Assembly: GCA_039795895.1 (NCBI GenBank)
Contig: JBDKKW010000003.1
Location: forward strand, 1 to 61,899
Direction: 5' to 3'
Origin: Candidatus Parcubacteria bacterium
Lineage (GTDB): Bacteria; Patescibacteriota; Minisyncoccia; Phycocordibacterales; JBAYGS01
DNA length: 61,899 nucleotides
The translations under genes were made by a program, and so were the position numbers. The notes beneath the pieces were generated by a model, which was given only the letters and a program-made list of their open reading frames with translations, made no database searches and was not told where the DNA came from. The stretch's first letter is position 1. Each line of letters opens with the position of its first letter. Of this stretch, positions 8,879-17,678 are shown piece by piece.

Positions 8879-9586
8879 ATGGAAATCCTCCCCGCAATCA
8901 TACCCAAAAATATCGAAGACCTTTGCGAACAATGCGCGATGGTAAATGGGTCTGTTGATATGGTCCAAATCGATATTTGCGACGGGATCTTTGTGTCTTC
9001 AAAAAGTTGGCCGTATCGAGAGGATTCAACTGAGTACACTTCGGATTTCAAAGATATTATTGCTGAGCGAGCCGAATTCCCATTTTGGGATCGACTTAAT
9101 TTCGAAGTACATTTGATGGTGGCGCATCCTGAGCAAGTGGTAAACGATTGGATCTCTGCTGGAGCTAGTCGAATCGTAGTCCACCTCGAAGCACTCAAAG
9201 ACCCAAAGCAATTTTTTGCAGATTTTCGTGAGCGTTTTCCAAAAAGTGGCGGTTCACTCCTCAGTGTCGAGCTTGGGGTGGCACTTCGTCTCGAGACGCC
9301 GGTAGATGTAGTGGCTCCTTTTTTGAACGAAGTGGATTTTGTACAGCTGATGAGTATCGCGAAGATCGGTGGTCAGGGACAAAAATTTGATGAAAAGACA
9401 CTCAATCGTATCGACATTTTGCGTACGCAGTATCCAGGGACAGTGGTGAGTGTGGATGGGGGAATTACTTTTGAAATTGCCACCGAGCTACTGTCTGTCG
9501 GCGCGAATCGGTTGGTGATAGGTTCGGCTATCTTTAACGCCGACAATCCTCACGAAATTATTGATGAATTAAAAGCATTATCATAG
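8879..9586 (+). CDS. rpe: Ribulose-phosphate 3-epimerase-like protein (divergent)
   Basis: TIM-barrel Rpe signatures: VQIDICDG, EVHLMV, VDFVQLMS, VSVDGGI, VIGSAIF. It has an insertion relative to typical Rpe. Confidence 0.75.
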   Translation: MEILPAIIPKNIEDLCEQCAMVNGSVDMVQIDICDGIFVSSKSWPYREDSTEYTSDFKDIIAERAEFPFWDRLNFEVHLMVAHPEQVVNDWISAGASRIVVHLEALKDPKQFFADFRERFPKSGGSLLSVELGVALRLETPVDVVAPFLNEVDFVQLMSIAKIGGQGQKFDEKTLNRIDILRTQYPGTVVSVDGGITFEIATELLSVGANRLVIGSAIFNADNPHEIIDELKALS

Positions 9587-9628
9587 TGGGGATTGGTCGT
9601 TTATGGAGAGTGGTATAATGAGAAGGCA

Positions 9629-10492
9629 ATGCTCACTCCAGAGAAAATTAAAAATCTCGAACTAAAAGCCAACGATATTCGCCAGTCGATTATCAAAATG
9701 TTGCTCGAAGCAGGCTCGGGACATACCGCAGGTCCTCTCGATATGGCAGACATTTTTACCTATCTCTACTTTCACGCACTCAAACACAATCCGAAAGTGC
9801 CAGGCTGGGCTGATCGCGATCGAGTAGTGCTTTCAAATGGCCATATTTGTCCGGTGCTCTATGCGACGATGGCACATTCAGGTTATTTTCCAGTTGAGGA
9901 ATTGAAGACGTTGCGAAAGTTCGGTTCGCGACTCCAGGGTCATCCACATCGAGAATTTTTGCCAGCACTTGAGACGAGCTCGGGACCACTTGGTTCTGGT
10001 TTATCACAAGCAGTGGGGATGGCACTCGCGGATCGTGTCGACAATGGTCGCACCTCAAACAAGCAATTTTATTGCCTCACTGGTGATGGCGAGCTCGACT
10101 GCGGACAGATATGGGAGTCGGCAATGCTTGCAGGCAAGGAAAAGATCCAAAATCTCACGGTTTTTATCGACCGCAACAACATCCAGATAGATGGCTTCAC
10201 CGAAGACATCATGCCGCTCAATCCGCTTGGCGATAAATGGCAGGCTTTTGGCTGGCATGTACAGGAGATCGATGGTCATAATTTTGCGATGATAGATGAG
10301 GCAGTCGGGCAGGCACAGGCCGTGTTCGACAAGCCGTCGGTGATCATCGCGAATACGATCGCCTCAAAAGGCGTCCCCGAATTCGAGCGAATGTTTGAAT
10401 GGCATGGCAAGCCACCAAATAAAGACGAGGCGGAGTTGGCGCTTCGTGAACTAAGGACTTGGCGCGGGAAGATTAAAGCTGAGCATGAATAA
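9629..10492 (+). CDS. Transketolase, N-terminal (TPP-binding) subunit
   Basis: SGHTAGPLDMADIF, LSNGHICPVLYA, CLTGDGELDCGQIWE. ATG 9629 is preferred over the upstream TTG 9593 used by the ORF track. Confidence 0.9.
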   Translation: MLTPEKIKNLELKANDIRQSIIKMLLEAGSGHTAGPLDMADIFTYLYFHALKHNPKVPGWADRDRVVLSNGHICPVLYATMAHSGYFPVEELKTLRKFGSRLQGHPHREFLPALETSSGPLGSGLSQAVGMALADRVDNGRTSNKQFYCLTGDGELDCGQIWESAMLAGKEKIQNLTVFIDRNNIQIDGFTEDIMPLNPLGDKWQAFGWHVQEIDGHNFAMIDEAVGQAQAVFDKPSVIIANTIASKGVPEFERMFEWHGKPPNKDEAELALRELRTWRGKIKAEHE

Positions 10493-10497
10493 TTTTT

Positions 10498-10878
10498 ATG
10501 GAATCTTCAGAACAAATAACGCGACACAATCTTAGGAGGGAGACCGTTGAGCTCGGTGTTCGAGACCAGGTGCGAGGATATCGTGTGGTGCTTGAAAAGT
10601 GCGGAACAGCGTCAGATGTTCTGAAAATGACTAGTGTGGATAATTATCAGCTTGAAGGTCGAATGAATATGACTCGTGAGACGGCATATCTAGTTCTCCT
10701 TGATGCTGGATATACCGCCGAAGAAGCTATAGCGTATCTGGAGGCTATTCCAAGGAGAGAGATCGATGAGAAAGTATTTGTTGATGCTGAAAAATGGGAT
10801 ACTGACCCATATTACCGGAGACTCAAGGAGAATGATTTTGAAGAAAGATTAGCTCGATTACTTAAGGATGTAAATTAA
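10498..10878 (+). CDS. Hypothetical acidic protein (126 aa)
   Basis: ORF only, no recognisable motif. It lies between the two transketolase halves. Confidence 0.45.
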   Translation: MESSEQITRHNLRRETVELGVRDQVRGYRVVLEKCGTASDVLKMTSVDNYQLEGRMNMTRETAYLVLLDAGYTAEEAIAYLEAIPRREIDEKVFVDAEKWDTDPYYRRLKENDFEERLARLLKDVN

Positions 10879-11231
10879 TGCAAAATACAAAAACAGAAAG
10901 ATATTGGTTAAAATGGGGATTAATTTTTCTTAAAGGGAGTTTTGTGCTCACAGTAATTTGTTTTTTAAATACGAGTTACAATGATTTTATTCCTACATAC
11001 GCTTTGCCATTAATTCCTGGAGAATTAACTATGGGTTTTATAAGTAGGTTTTTTGGATCTCAAGAATCGTGGATTATAGGTCCTTACAGTCATACTATTG
11101 TGGTATTGGCGGTATTAATTGTGGCTTTATCGGAGTACTTTTTATTCGGTGCACTTATTGGTGCACTTATCGATTTGCTTCATGGAAAAATCGAAAATCT
11201 TCCGGTGTCTCGTCGAATATCTAGCTCCTAG
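10878..11231 (+). CDS. Hypothetical membrane protein (117 aa), very A+T-rich
   Basis: ORF with hydrophobic segments. About 27% G+C in its first 100 nt by hand count, versus about 48% at the start of 11381..12373. Confidence 0.5.
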   Translation: MQNTKTERYWLKWGLIFLKGSFVLTVICFLNTSYNDFIPTYALPLIPGELTMGFISRFFGSQESWIIGPYSHTIVVLAVLIVALSEYFLFGALIGALIDLLHGKIENLPVSRRISSS

Positions 11232-11380
11232 TGTCTGATATAATCTATTTATATGCTTAACACACTTCAAAAAATAAATCCTCATGCTTCGCTAATATAT
11301 CGTCTCTCTAAGGATGTGCGACGATGTGATTTCGCTAAATCAGCTATGCAGGATGAGCAAACTCTGAGACAAATAATTTT

Positions 11381-12373
11381 ATGATAAATCCACAGGCAAA
11401 ATTAAACAGCAAATTATTTGATGCTGATGTCGAGCAGTTGCCGATCCGCAAAGGGTTTGGCGAGGGGTTGTTGGCCGCGGCGGAAATGGATATGAACGTA
11501 GTGGGGCTATGTGCTGACTTGACGGAGTCGACCCAGATGCACCTCTTCAAGAAAAAATTCCCGGAGCGATTTGTAGAGATGGGAATTGCCGAGCAAAATA
11601 TGGCAAGTGTCGCGAGTGGTATGGCAGCAATGGGGAAGATTCCCTTCATCACCTCGTACGCGATGTTTTCTCCGGGGCGAAACTGGGAGCAGATTCGCAC
11701 GACGATTTGCTACAACAATCAGCCGGTGAAAATTGCCGGCTCTCATGCAGGTGTGTCGGTGGGTCCAGATGGTGGCACACACCAAGCGATCGAGGATATG
11801 GCGCTGATGCGGATTATCCCGAAGATGGTAGTGATTTCGCCATGCGACTCAATTGAAGCCAAAAAAGCGACTATCGCTTTGGCCAAGACAAAAAGTCCGA
11901 CCTATATCCGTCTGGCTCGCGAGAAAACACCGATTGTGACCACCGATGCGACACCATTTGAAATCGGTAAGGCACAAATCCTCTGGTCACCAGCGACGGG
12001 TAAAGCAGATGTGGCGATTATCGCCACTGGCGCTTTGGTGTATCGAGCTTTGCAGGTAGCAAAGGCGCTTGAGAAAGAAAAGATTGGGGTGACGGTAGTG
12101 AATGTGGCGACGATCAAACCACTTGATACTGAGACGATTTTAAAAGTGGCAAAAAATGCCGGGCGGGTAGTGACCGTGGAAGAGCATCAGATGGCCGGAG
12201 GATTGGGTAGTGCAGTGGCTGAATTTTTGGCGACAGCTCATCCTGTACCGATGGAATTTGTGGCAGTCAAAGATCAGTTTGGACAGTCGGGCACGCCAGA
12301 TGAACTGATTGCTCATTATGGATTGGATGAGAAGGGGATTACTTATGCAGTGAAAAAAGTGATGAAGAGGTAA
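11381..12373 (+). CDS. Transketolase, C-terminal (pyrimidine-binding) subunit
   Basis: FVEMGIAEQNMASVASGMA, GSHAGVSVGPDGGTHQAIEDMALMR, TVEEHQMAGGLGSAV. Confidence 0.9.
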   Translation: MINPQAKLNSKLFDADVEQLPIRKGFGEGLLAAAEMDMNVVGLCADLTESTQMHLFKKKFPERFVEMGIAEQNMASVASGMAAMGKIPFITSYAMFSPGRNWEQIRTTICYNNQPVKIAGSHAGVSVGPDGGTHQAIEDMALMRIIPKMVVISPCDSIEAKKATIALAKTKSPTYIRLAREKTPIVTTDATPFEIGKAQILWSPATGKADVAIIATGALVYRALQVAKALEKEKIGVTVVNVATIKPLDTETILKVAKNAGRVVTVEEHQMAGGLGSAVAEFLATAHPVPMEFVAVKDQFGQSGTPDELIAHYGLDEKGITYAVKKVMKR

Positions 12374-12494
12374 AACTTCCATAATCGGCGCACTTCTTTG
12401 TCGCCGGCTCCGTCCGCTCCCGCACTGTATGTCCATATACAGTTTGGTTGCGTTACTCGCCGGCTTCGCGAATTGCATCCAATTATGGAAGTTT
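12373..12494. repeat. Stop-codon-anchored element closed by inverted repeats
   Basis: 13-bp perfect arms AAACTTCCATAAT (12373-12385, starting on the last base of the tkt stop) and ATTATGGAAGTTT (12482-12494). They enclose 96 nt rich in CGCTC/GGCTCC/TACTCGCC words. Confidence 0.6.
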
Positions 12495-12526
12495 GTAGAC
12501 ACGGGGTAGTAGTTAGACGTTAGACA
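12495..12526. repeat. Solo TAG-heptamer patch (..GTAGTAG TTAGACG TTAGACA)
   Basis: TAGTAGTTAGAC (12507-12518) is identical to 8452-8463 and 50905-50916. TAG at 12496, 12507, 12510, 12514 and 12521 covers all three frames. Confidence 0.65.
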
Positions 12527-12530
12527 AGAA

Positions 12531-12569
12531 AAATCCCCCAGAAATTGCAGAGCAATTTCTGGGGGATTT
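12531..12569. terminator. Bidirectional hairpin terminator between convergent tkt and kinase genes
   Basis: AAATCCCCCAGAAATTGC / loop AGAG / CAATTTCTGGGGGATTT. The arm sequence recurs at 48586..48620. Confidence 0.75.
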
Positions 12570-12615
12570 AAGTCTTCTAATTGTTGGTTGTAAATTGTAA
12601 GTTGTATGTTTGTCC

Positions 12616-13614
12616 CTAAATTTCTTTCGGCCAATAATCTGCGGGTGCTTTTGCAAGCCACTCTTCAATTTCCGCGAGTGTCAGCAGGCCTTTTTGGGCA
12701 CCTACGTATTGCACTACCGACATAGAATTGACCGGGGCGATACGCAAAGCTTCGAGCACTGTTTTTCCAAGAGCAAGTGCAGACACAAAGGTAGATGCAA
12801 AAGCGTCTCCCGCACCGGTTCTTTCGTAAGGAGGTTTTGGATCAGGGTATATCCTCATAAAGTACGATTTATTACCATCATACAAATATGCTCCCTTTGG
12901 TCCATCTGTAATCACTACAATCTTTGGTCCCAACCCCGCAATCCCTACGAGTAATTTTTTAATGTCTTTTTCTTCGGTATTCAAAATTCGCCTTGATTCT
13001 TCAACGTTGCATACAAAGATTTCTGTTCGCGCATATAATCGCTTTAGTTTTTCTACTCCGAGCTTCATCTGAAAAGTCCCCGGCTGGAAAGCCACTTTTA
13101 CTTCTGGATTTTTCTCAACGTAGTCCATTATTTCCTCATGGTATCTTTCACTTGCACCTCCAAGCGAGCTCACGTATAGCCATTTTGGTGCGGTAATGGT
13201 GGGTAGTGTGTAGGGATACTCGTTGTGTCTGACCAAGATGGTTCGTTCAGCTTCATACCAGAGGACATAGTGGTAGTTGGTCTGGATGTTTTTGTGTCGC
13301 GAGAGATATTTTGTCGAGACATTGTTTTTCTTAAGCTCGCTTATACACTCATCTCCATTTGTGTCCATGCCAAGGTCGGATACCAATGCAGAAGAAAGGC
13401 CGAGTCGTGCTCCGGCTACAGAGGCGTTGGCACTATTACCGACAGCTTTCACCACTTCGACAAATTCGTACGGAATCTTATCGGCAAAATTCATACAAAT
13501 TTGGCAAGCAGACGTATCGACATCACAATGCACCGACGCTTCCTTGAGTCGGATAAATGCATCGGTAGTAATATCGCCAATCGCCACAAAATCGTATTTT
13601 TTAGAAAAAATCAT
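12616..13614 (-). CDS. PfkB-family carbohydrate/nucleoside kinase
   Basis: MIFSKKYDFVAIGDITTDAFI start, GNSANASV, and C-terminal TGAGDAFASTFVSALA motif. ATG 13614 is chosen over the longer ORF-track start. Confidence 0.85.
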   Translation of the reverse strand: MIFSKKYDFVAIGDITTDAFIRLKEASVHCDVDTSACQICMNFADKIPYEFVEVVKAVGNSANASVAGARLGLSSALVSDLGMDTNGDECISELKKNNVSTKYLSRHKNIQTNYHYVLWYEAERTILVRHNEYPYTLPTITAPKWLYVSSLGGASERYHEEIMDYVEKNPEVKVAFQPGTFQMKLGVEKLKRLYARTEIFVCNVEESRRILNTEEKDIKKLLVGIAGLGPKIVVITDGPKGAYLYDGNKSYFMRIYPDPKPPYERTGAGDAFASTFVSALALGKTVLEALRIAPVNSMSVVQYVGAQKGLLTLAEIEEWLAKAPADYWPKEI

Positions 13615-13686
13615 GATAGGCAAATTATAGCATAGACAACAAAAAATCCACGAACACATCGGTGTTCGCGGAGGGGGATGGGCACA

Positions 13687-14190
13687 TCAGTAACAATATT
13701 CAGACTCGTCACCTTCGTGATCAGTGCCGAGTGGATTACCAAGGTCGCGTGCCCATTGCTGGATGATATTCATCAAAATCCACAGAGCAATACTGCTTCC
13801 GGCGCTGATTGTAAGGCACTTACTGATGAGTATGGCCACTTCCGGATGAGTAAAAAACAGGACGGACAGGATCATGATGCCGATGTGCGCAGGGTATATC
13901 CGCACTTCCTCCGCGATAGTCAGCCAGGTTGGCCACGAATCACAATCAGTCATGATGTTGGACCAGTCGTTTGTTTTCTCGGTATGATTTTCACCGACCC
14001 AACGCTTACCTACGGTGTAGCCAGCGACGACCATCAAGACTATTCCCAAACACGCCAAGATGAACGAGACTATTGATGCGATGAACCAAAGGAGGAAGCC
14101 GACGGTTTCAATCACAAAGTTAAAAAAGTCCTCGAATGGCTCGGGGCAGTATTGTCGGCAAAATTCAATGGCAGAAGCGACGAATTTCAT
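13687..14190 (-). CDS. Hypothetical multi-pass membrane protein (167 aa)
   Basis: ORF with about four hydrophobic segments and no family recognised. Confidence 0.5.
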   Translation of the reverse strand: MKFVASAIEFCRQYCPEPFEDFFNFVIETVGFLLWFIASIVSFILACLGIVLMVVAGYTVGKRWVGENHTEKTNDWSNIMTDCDSWPTWLTIAEEVRIYPAHIGIMILSVLFFTHPEVAILISKCLTISAGSSIALWILMNIIQQWARDLGNPLGTDHEGDESEYCY

Positions 14191-14268
14191 ACTAGGTCAC
14201 CTTTCTTTTTTGAGGTTCTGATTCCGTCTCCACTGTAGCATCATTTGACTTGTGGTACAATAGTGCGT

Positions 14269-15162
14269 ATGAAAACATTGCGTACTTATGTAGAGGAGGC
14301 ACAGCAGGCAAAACGTGCCATTGGTCATTTTAATATTTCAAATATGGAAGGTGTGTGGGCGATTGTGAAGGCTCGGGAAGTGATGTCGAAAGAAGTTGGA
14401 TTTGAATTGCCGGTGATTATTGGTGTATCAGAAGGCGAGCGAGACTTTTTTGGTGTGAAGCAGATTTCTGCGGTGGTAAAAAGTATTCGTGCGACCGGTG
14501 CGCCGGTGTTTCTTAATGCCGATCACACCTATTCGTTTGATCGAGTCAAGGAGGCGATTGATTCTGGCTTTGATATGGTCATTTTTGATGGCACCGAGCT
14601 TCCATTTGAAGAAAATGTGAAAGTGGCCAAGCAGTGCGTGTCGTATGCGAAGAGTGCGAAGCCTTTTTTTGGTGAACGAGTGCTTGTCGAGTGTGAACTT
14701 GGCTATATCGGTAAATCTTCAAAGGTGCTCGATGCAGTACCCGAAGGCGCTTCCATTTCTGATGACAGCTTGGTGAAGCCTGATGAAGCTAAACGATTTG
14801 TGCGAGAGACAGGAATCGACCTACTTGCTCCTGCGGTAGGCAATATTCACGGTATGTTTGCAAAAGGAAAGGACCCTGCGCTCAATATTACCCGAGTAGC
14901 TGAAGTATCACAGGCAACTGGTGTCCCATTGGTGCTCCATGGTGCTTCGGGAAATACTGATGCCGATATTCAAAACGCAATCAAGGCCGGTGTGGCGATT
15001 GTGCATGTCAGTACTGAACTTCGAGTGGCGTATCGTACTGCCCTCGACACGTCACTTGCCACTAATCCAAAAGAAGTTGCTGGTTATAAATATCTCACTC
15101 CCGCTCGTGATGCTATACAAAAGGTAGTCGAGGAAAAGTTGCGAGTATTTACCAAAGCGTAA
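14269..15162 (+). CDS. fba: Class II fructose-bisphosphate aldolase
   Basis: IGHFNISNMEG, FLNADHT, NIHGMF, LVLHGASG. ATG 14269 is preferred (MKTLRTYVEEAQQ). Confidence 0.9.
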   Translation: MKTLRTYVEEAQQAKRAIGHFNISNMEGVWAIVKAREVMSKEVGFELPVIIGVSEGERDFFGVKQISAVVKSIRATGAPVFLNADHTYSFDRVKEAIDSGFDMVIFDGTELPFEENVKVAKQCVSYAKSAKPFFGERVLVECELGYIGKSSKVLDAVPEGASISDDSLVKPDEAKRFVRETGIDLLAPAVGNIHGMFAKGKDPALNITRVAEVSQATGVPLVLHGASGNTDADIQNAIKAGVAIVHVSTELRVAYRTALDTSLATNPKEVAGYKYLTPARDAIQKVVEEKLRVFTKA

Positions 15163-15173
15163 TTAAAAAGAAA

Positions 15174-15203
15174 ATCCCCCGTACGTCGGAACGTGCAGGG
15201 GAT
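15174..15203. terminator. Hairpin between convergent fba and the 15223 gene
   Basis: ATCCCCCGTACG / TCGGAA / CGTGCAGGGGAT (one mismatch, one G-U). An A-run lies upstream, which gives a T-run for the minus-strand gene. Confidence 0.55.
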
Positions 15204-15222
15204 TGAGTTTGGAAAGAACTGA

Positions 15223-15783
15223 CTACTTCCTCACGGTCAGCATCGCCAGAGAAAGGGTGTTTTCTTTACGCCCCTTGAGCAAGTGCTTGATGCGAGGTAA
15301 ATCTTCTTCGACAACGATAAGACCATTGCTTGCGTTTTCAACGACACCACCCGGCGCGCGTTCGTTGTAGTTGTACCGGACATAGATCCAGCCGTTATTT
15401 CCACCACTGTTTTTGGCGAGAATTTCAACAGAGTTGTCTGCGTTGGGATTGTTGATCCTGAACACTCCGTATGGTTCGAGCACAAAAGTGCGTTCACCTT
15501 TGCCGGTAGGTTTGTTGACGGTAAGGGTAATTGCTCCGGGCTGTGTGCCACGAGTCACTGAGCGGGCAAAAGCATCTATGAGTGCGTCCACGGCACCTTC
15601 GTGACCACCGGTCAAAAAGTAGTTCCTTGGTCTGTTCTTTTTGAGAAACTTTATAAAGCGATCAGCTCTTTCTTCATGAAGCTGTTCGAGCTTTTTAATG
15701 CGCTTTGTGACTCGAGTGCGAATCTTCTGAATCTCTTCGCCTTGTGCTCGCAGGGCCTGATTAATTTGTTTAGGAGTGCTCAT
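15223..15783 (-). CDS. Hypothetical protein (186 aa from ATG 15783; the ORF is open to 15831)
   Basis: ORF only. It has an N-terminal Lys/Arg/Glu-rich helix followed by a Gly/Asn-rich beta-looking region, and lies downstream of the LuxR-type gene on the same strand. Confidence 0.5.
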   Translation of the reverse strand: MSTPKQINQALRAQGEEIQKIRTRVTKRIKKLEQLHEERADRFIKFLKKNRPRNYFLTGGHEGAVDALIDAFARSVTRGTQPGAITLTVNKPTGKGERTFVLEPYGVFRINNPNADNSVEILAKNSGGNNGWIYVRYNYNERAPGGVVENASNGLIVVEEDLPRIKHLLKGRKENTLSLAMLTVRK

Positions 15784-15893
15784 TGCAGTAGCCTTTCTAG
15801 TTGTCAAACGGTTCCACTCCCTATTTTCCATACCGATTAATCTTTGTCAACTCTCCCGAGGTACAAAAAACCGCTGGAATACCAGCGGTGGCG

Positions 15894-16232
15894 TTACAAT
15901 TTCTTGTGGGCCTTTCGGAATTTTGTAATAACGGGGGATATTCCTTGCACCCGATATTTCACTTTCACCAGCCCGAGGGCGATCGCAAGGTGGGTAAACT
16001 CGACGATCCGGGTGCCGTTGTCAATGAGTAGGTTTAGTCGGTCGATGATCTTGGTGCGGTGTGTCTCAACCGTCTTTGGACTTATCCCAAGAATCGAAGC
16101 CACTCTTTTTGTGGGTTCGCCTGAGGCCAAGAGCTGTAGCACTTCGAGCTCACGGCCGCTCAGTGGGAAGGTTTCGAGATTGATTGTTGTGGTTGTCCGA
16201 TGAGATCTTGGTCTCGGCATACGGTCCTCCAT
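15894..16232 (-). CDS. Stand-alone LuxR/GerE-type HTH transcription regulator
   Basis: LSGRELEVLQLLASGEPTKRVASILGISPKTVETHRTKIIDRL. No receiver domain is present. Confidence 0.75.
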   Translation of the reverse strand: MEDRMPRPRSHRTTTTINLETFPLSGRELEVLQLLASGEPTKRVASILGISPKTVETHRTKIIDRLNLLIDNGTRIVEFTHLAIALGLVKVKYRVQGISPVITKFRKAHKKL

Positions 16233-16310
16233 GCTGTAAAAGGTTCGTTTCTGCCACTTACCCTACTCTTTATGTTTTAAAAGTCAACACATCTGGTATA
16301 CTTGGTGTAT

Positions 16311-17282
16311 ATGAAAAAAGTATTTATCACACGACGTATTCCAGAGGTAGGTATTAAAATGCTTACTGATAGAGGCTATGCAGTGACAGTCAGCGCAAAA
16401 GATCGACCACTTGAGAAAAAAGAGTTGCTAAAGATTTTAAAAAAGGGTGCATATGATGCAGTGCTTACCTTACTCACTGATCCGATAGACAAAGAGGTGC
16501 TCGTCGCGGTATCTCCGACAGTAAAGATTTTTGCCAATTTTGCTATCGGCTTTAATAATATTGATGTCGAAGAAGCAAAAAAGAGAAATGTATATGTGAC
16601 CAATACTCCCGGTGGTGGAGCAGATCGCGTAGCTGAGCATACCTGGGCACTGATTCTCGCTCTGACTTGCCGGGTGACAGAAGGGGATGTCTATATGCGC
16701 AAGGGTAAGTTTAAGGGTTGGGACCCTATGATTTTCCATGGCACCAAACTCTCTGGGAAAATGCTAGGGATTATCGGTACCGGACGCATTGGTGCGGATG
16801 TGGCTCACCGAGCGGTCAATGGCTTCGGGATGAAGCTTGCGTACTATGATGTAAGGCGAAATGAGGAGCTTGAGAAAAGTTTTGGCGCGGTATTTTGCGC
16901 AACTCCTGAAGAGGTATTGAAAATCGCCGATGTGGTTTCGATTCATGTACCACTCTTGCCTTCAACACACCACTTGATCAACGCCGAGCGTCTGGCGTTG
17001 ATGAAAAAGACCGCGTACTTGGTAAATACTTCTCGTGGTCCGGTGGTAGATGAAAATGCTTTGGTAAAAGCGCTACAATTGGGCACTATCGCTGGTGCGG
17101 GACTTGATGTGTTTGAGTTTGAACCAAAACTCGCAAAAGGTTTGGCGAAACTTGCAAATGTCGTGCTCACTCCGCACATTGCTTCGGGTACTGCCGAAGC
17201 TCGTCATGAAATGGCGGTGCTTTCAGCTCAGAATATTATCGACACACTCGAGGGTAAGAAGCCAGCGAATCTCGTCTACTAA
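16311..17282 (+). CDS. D-isomer-specific 2-hydroxyacid dehydrogenase (glyoxylate/hydroxypyruvate reductase-like)
   Basis: GIIGTGRIGADVA NAD-binding motif, LVNTSRGPVVDE, LDVFEFEP, TPHIASGT. Confidence 0.85.
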   Translation: MKKVFITRRIPEVGIKMLTDRGYAVTVSAKDRPLEKKELLKILKKGAYDAVLTLLTDPIDKEVLVAVSPTVKIFANFAIGFNNIDVEEAKKRNVYVTNTPGGGADRVAEHTWALILALTCRVTEGDVYMRKGKFKGWDPMIFHGTKLSGKMLGIIGTGRIGADVAHRAVNGFGMKLAYYDVRRNEELEKSFGAVFCATPEEVLKIADVVSIHVPLLPSTHHLINAERLALMKKTAYLVNTSRGPVVDENALVKALQLGTIAGAGLDVFEFEPKLAKGLAKLANVVLTPHIASGTAEARHEMAVLSAQNIIDTLEGKKPANLVY

Positions 17283-17323
17283 ACTGTGTGGTATACTAAG
17301 GTATCACTTAATCTAAATAAAGT

Positions 17324-17530
17324 ATGAACGTTGAATTTAATGATTCAGGGATGGGAGGAGGATATACTGGCGGAAGCTACGGTCAACCGCAGTTTACTCC
17401 ACAGGGTGTGGGGATGGCTGGGTGGCTCATGAAGAAGGGGATTGTGAAAGATCAGCAAGGGGCGGATACGATGTTGCTCGGAGTGGCGATTGCTTTTTTT
17501 GTCCTTACGCTGATTACGATTTTTTGGTAA
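17324..17530 (+). CDS. Small Gly-rich protein with a C-terminal TM helix (68 aa)
   Basis: ORF with one C-terminal hydrophobic helix (LLGVAIAFFVLTLITIFW). Confidence 0.45.
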   Translation: MNVEFNDSGMGGGYTGGSYGQPQFTPQGVGMAGWLMKKGIVKDQQGADTMLLGVAIAFFVLTLITIFW

Positions 17531-17538
17531 ATTGATTT

Positions 17539-17601
17539 AAAAGCCCTCGAAAAATGTCGCCACTCGAGCCTCTCGGGGCAAGACATTTTTCGAGGGCTTT
17601 T
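17539..17601 (+). terminator. Long hairpin (20-bp perfect stem, 23-nt loop)
   Basis: AAAAGCCCTCGAAAAATGTC (17539-17558) pairs perfectly with GACATTTTTCGAGGGCTTTT (17582-17601). Confidence 0.7.
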
Positions 17602-17678
17602 ACTGTGCTTTTTGCAGTATACCCAATTAGACGTCATTTCCTCTTGCAATCTTCTTCAAAATCCGTATACTAGCCCGT

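Noticed and set aside
12140-12661. 173-aa minus-strand ORF spanning the tkt 3' end, the IR-closed element and the terminator
   Set aside because: It overlaps a well-supported gene on the other strand and several structured non-coding elements, so it is most likely spurious.
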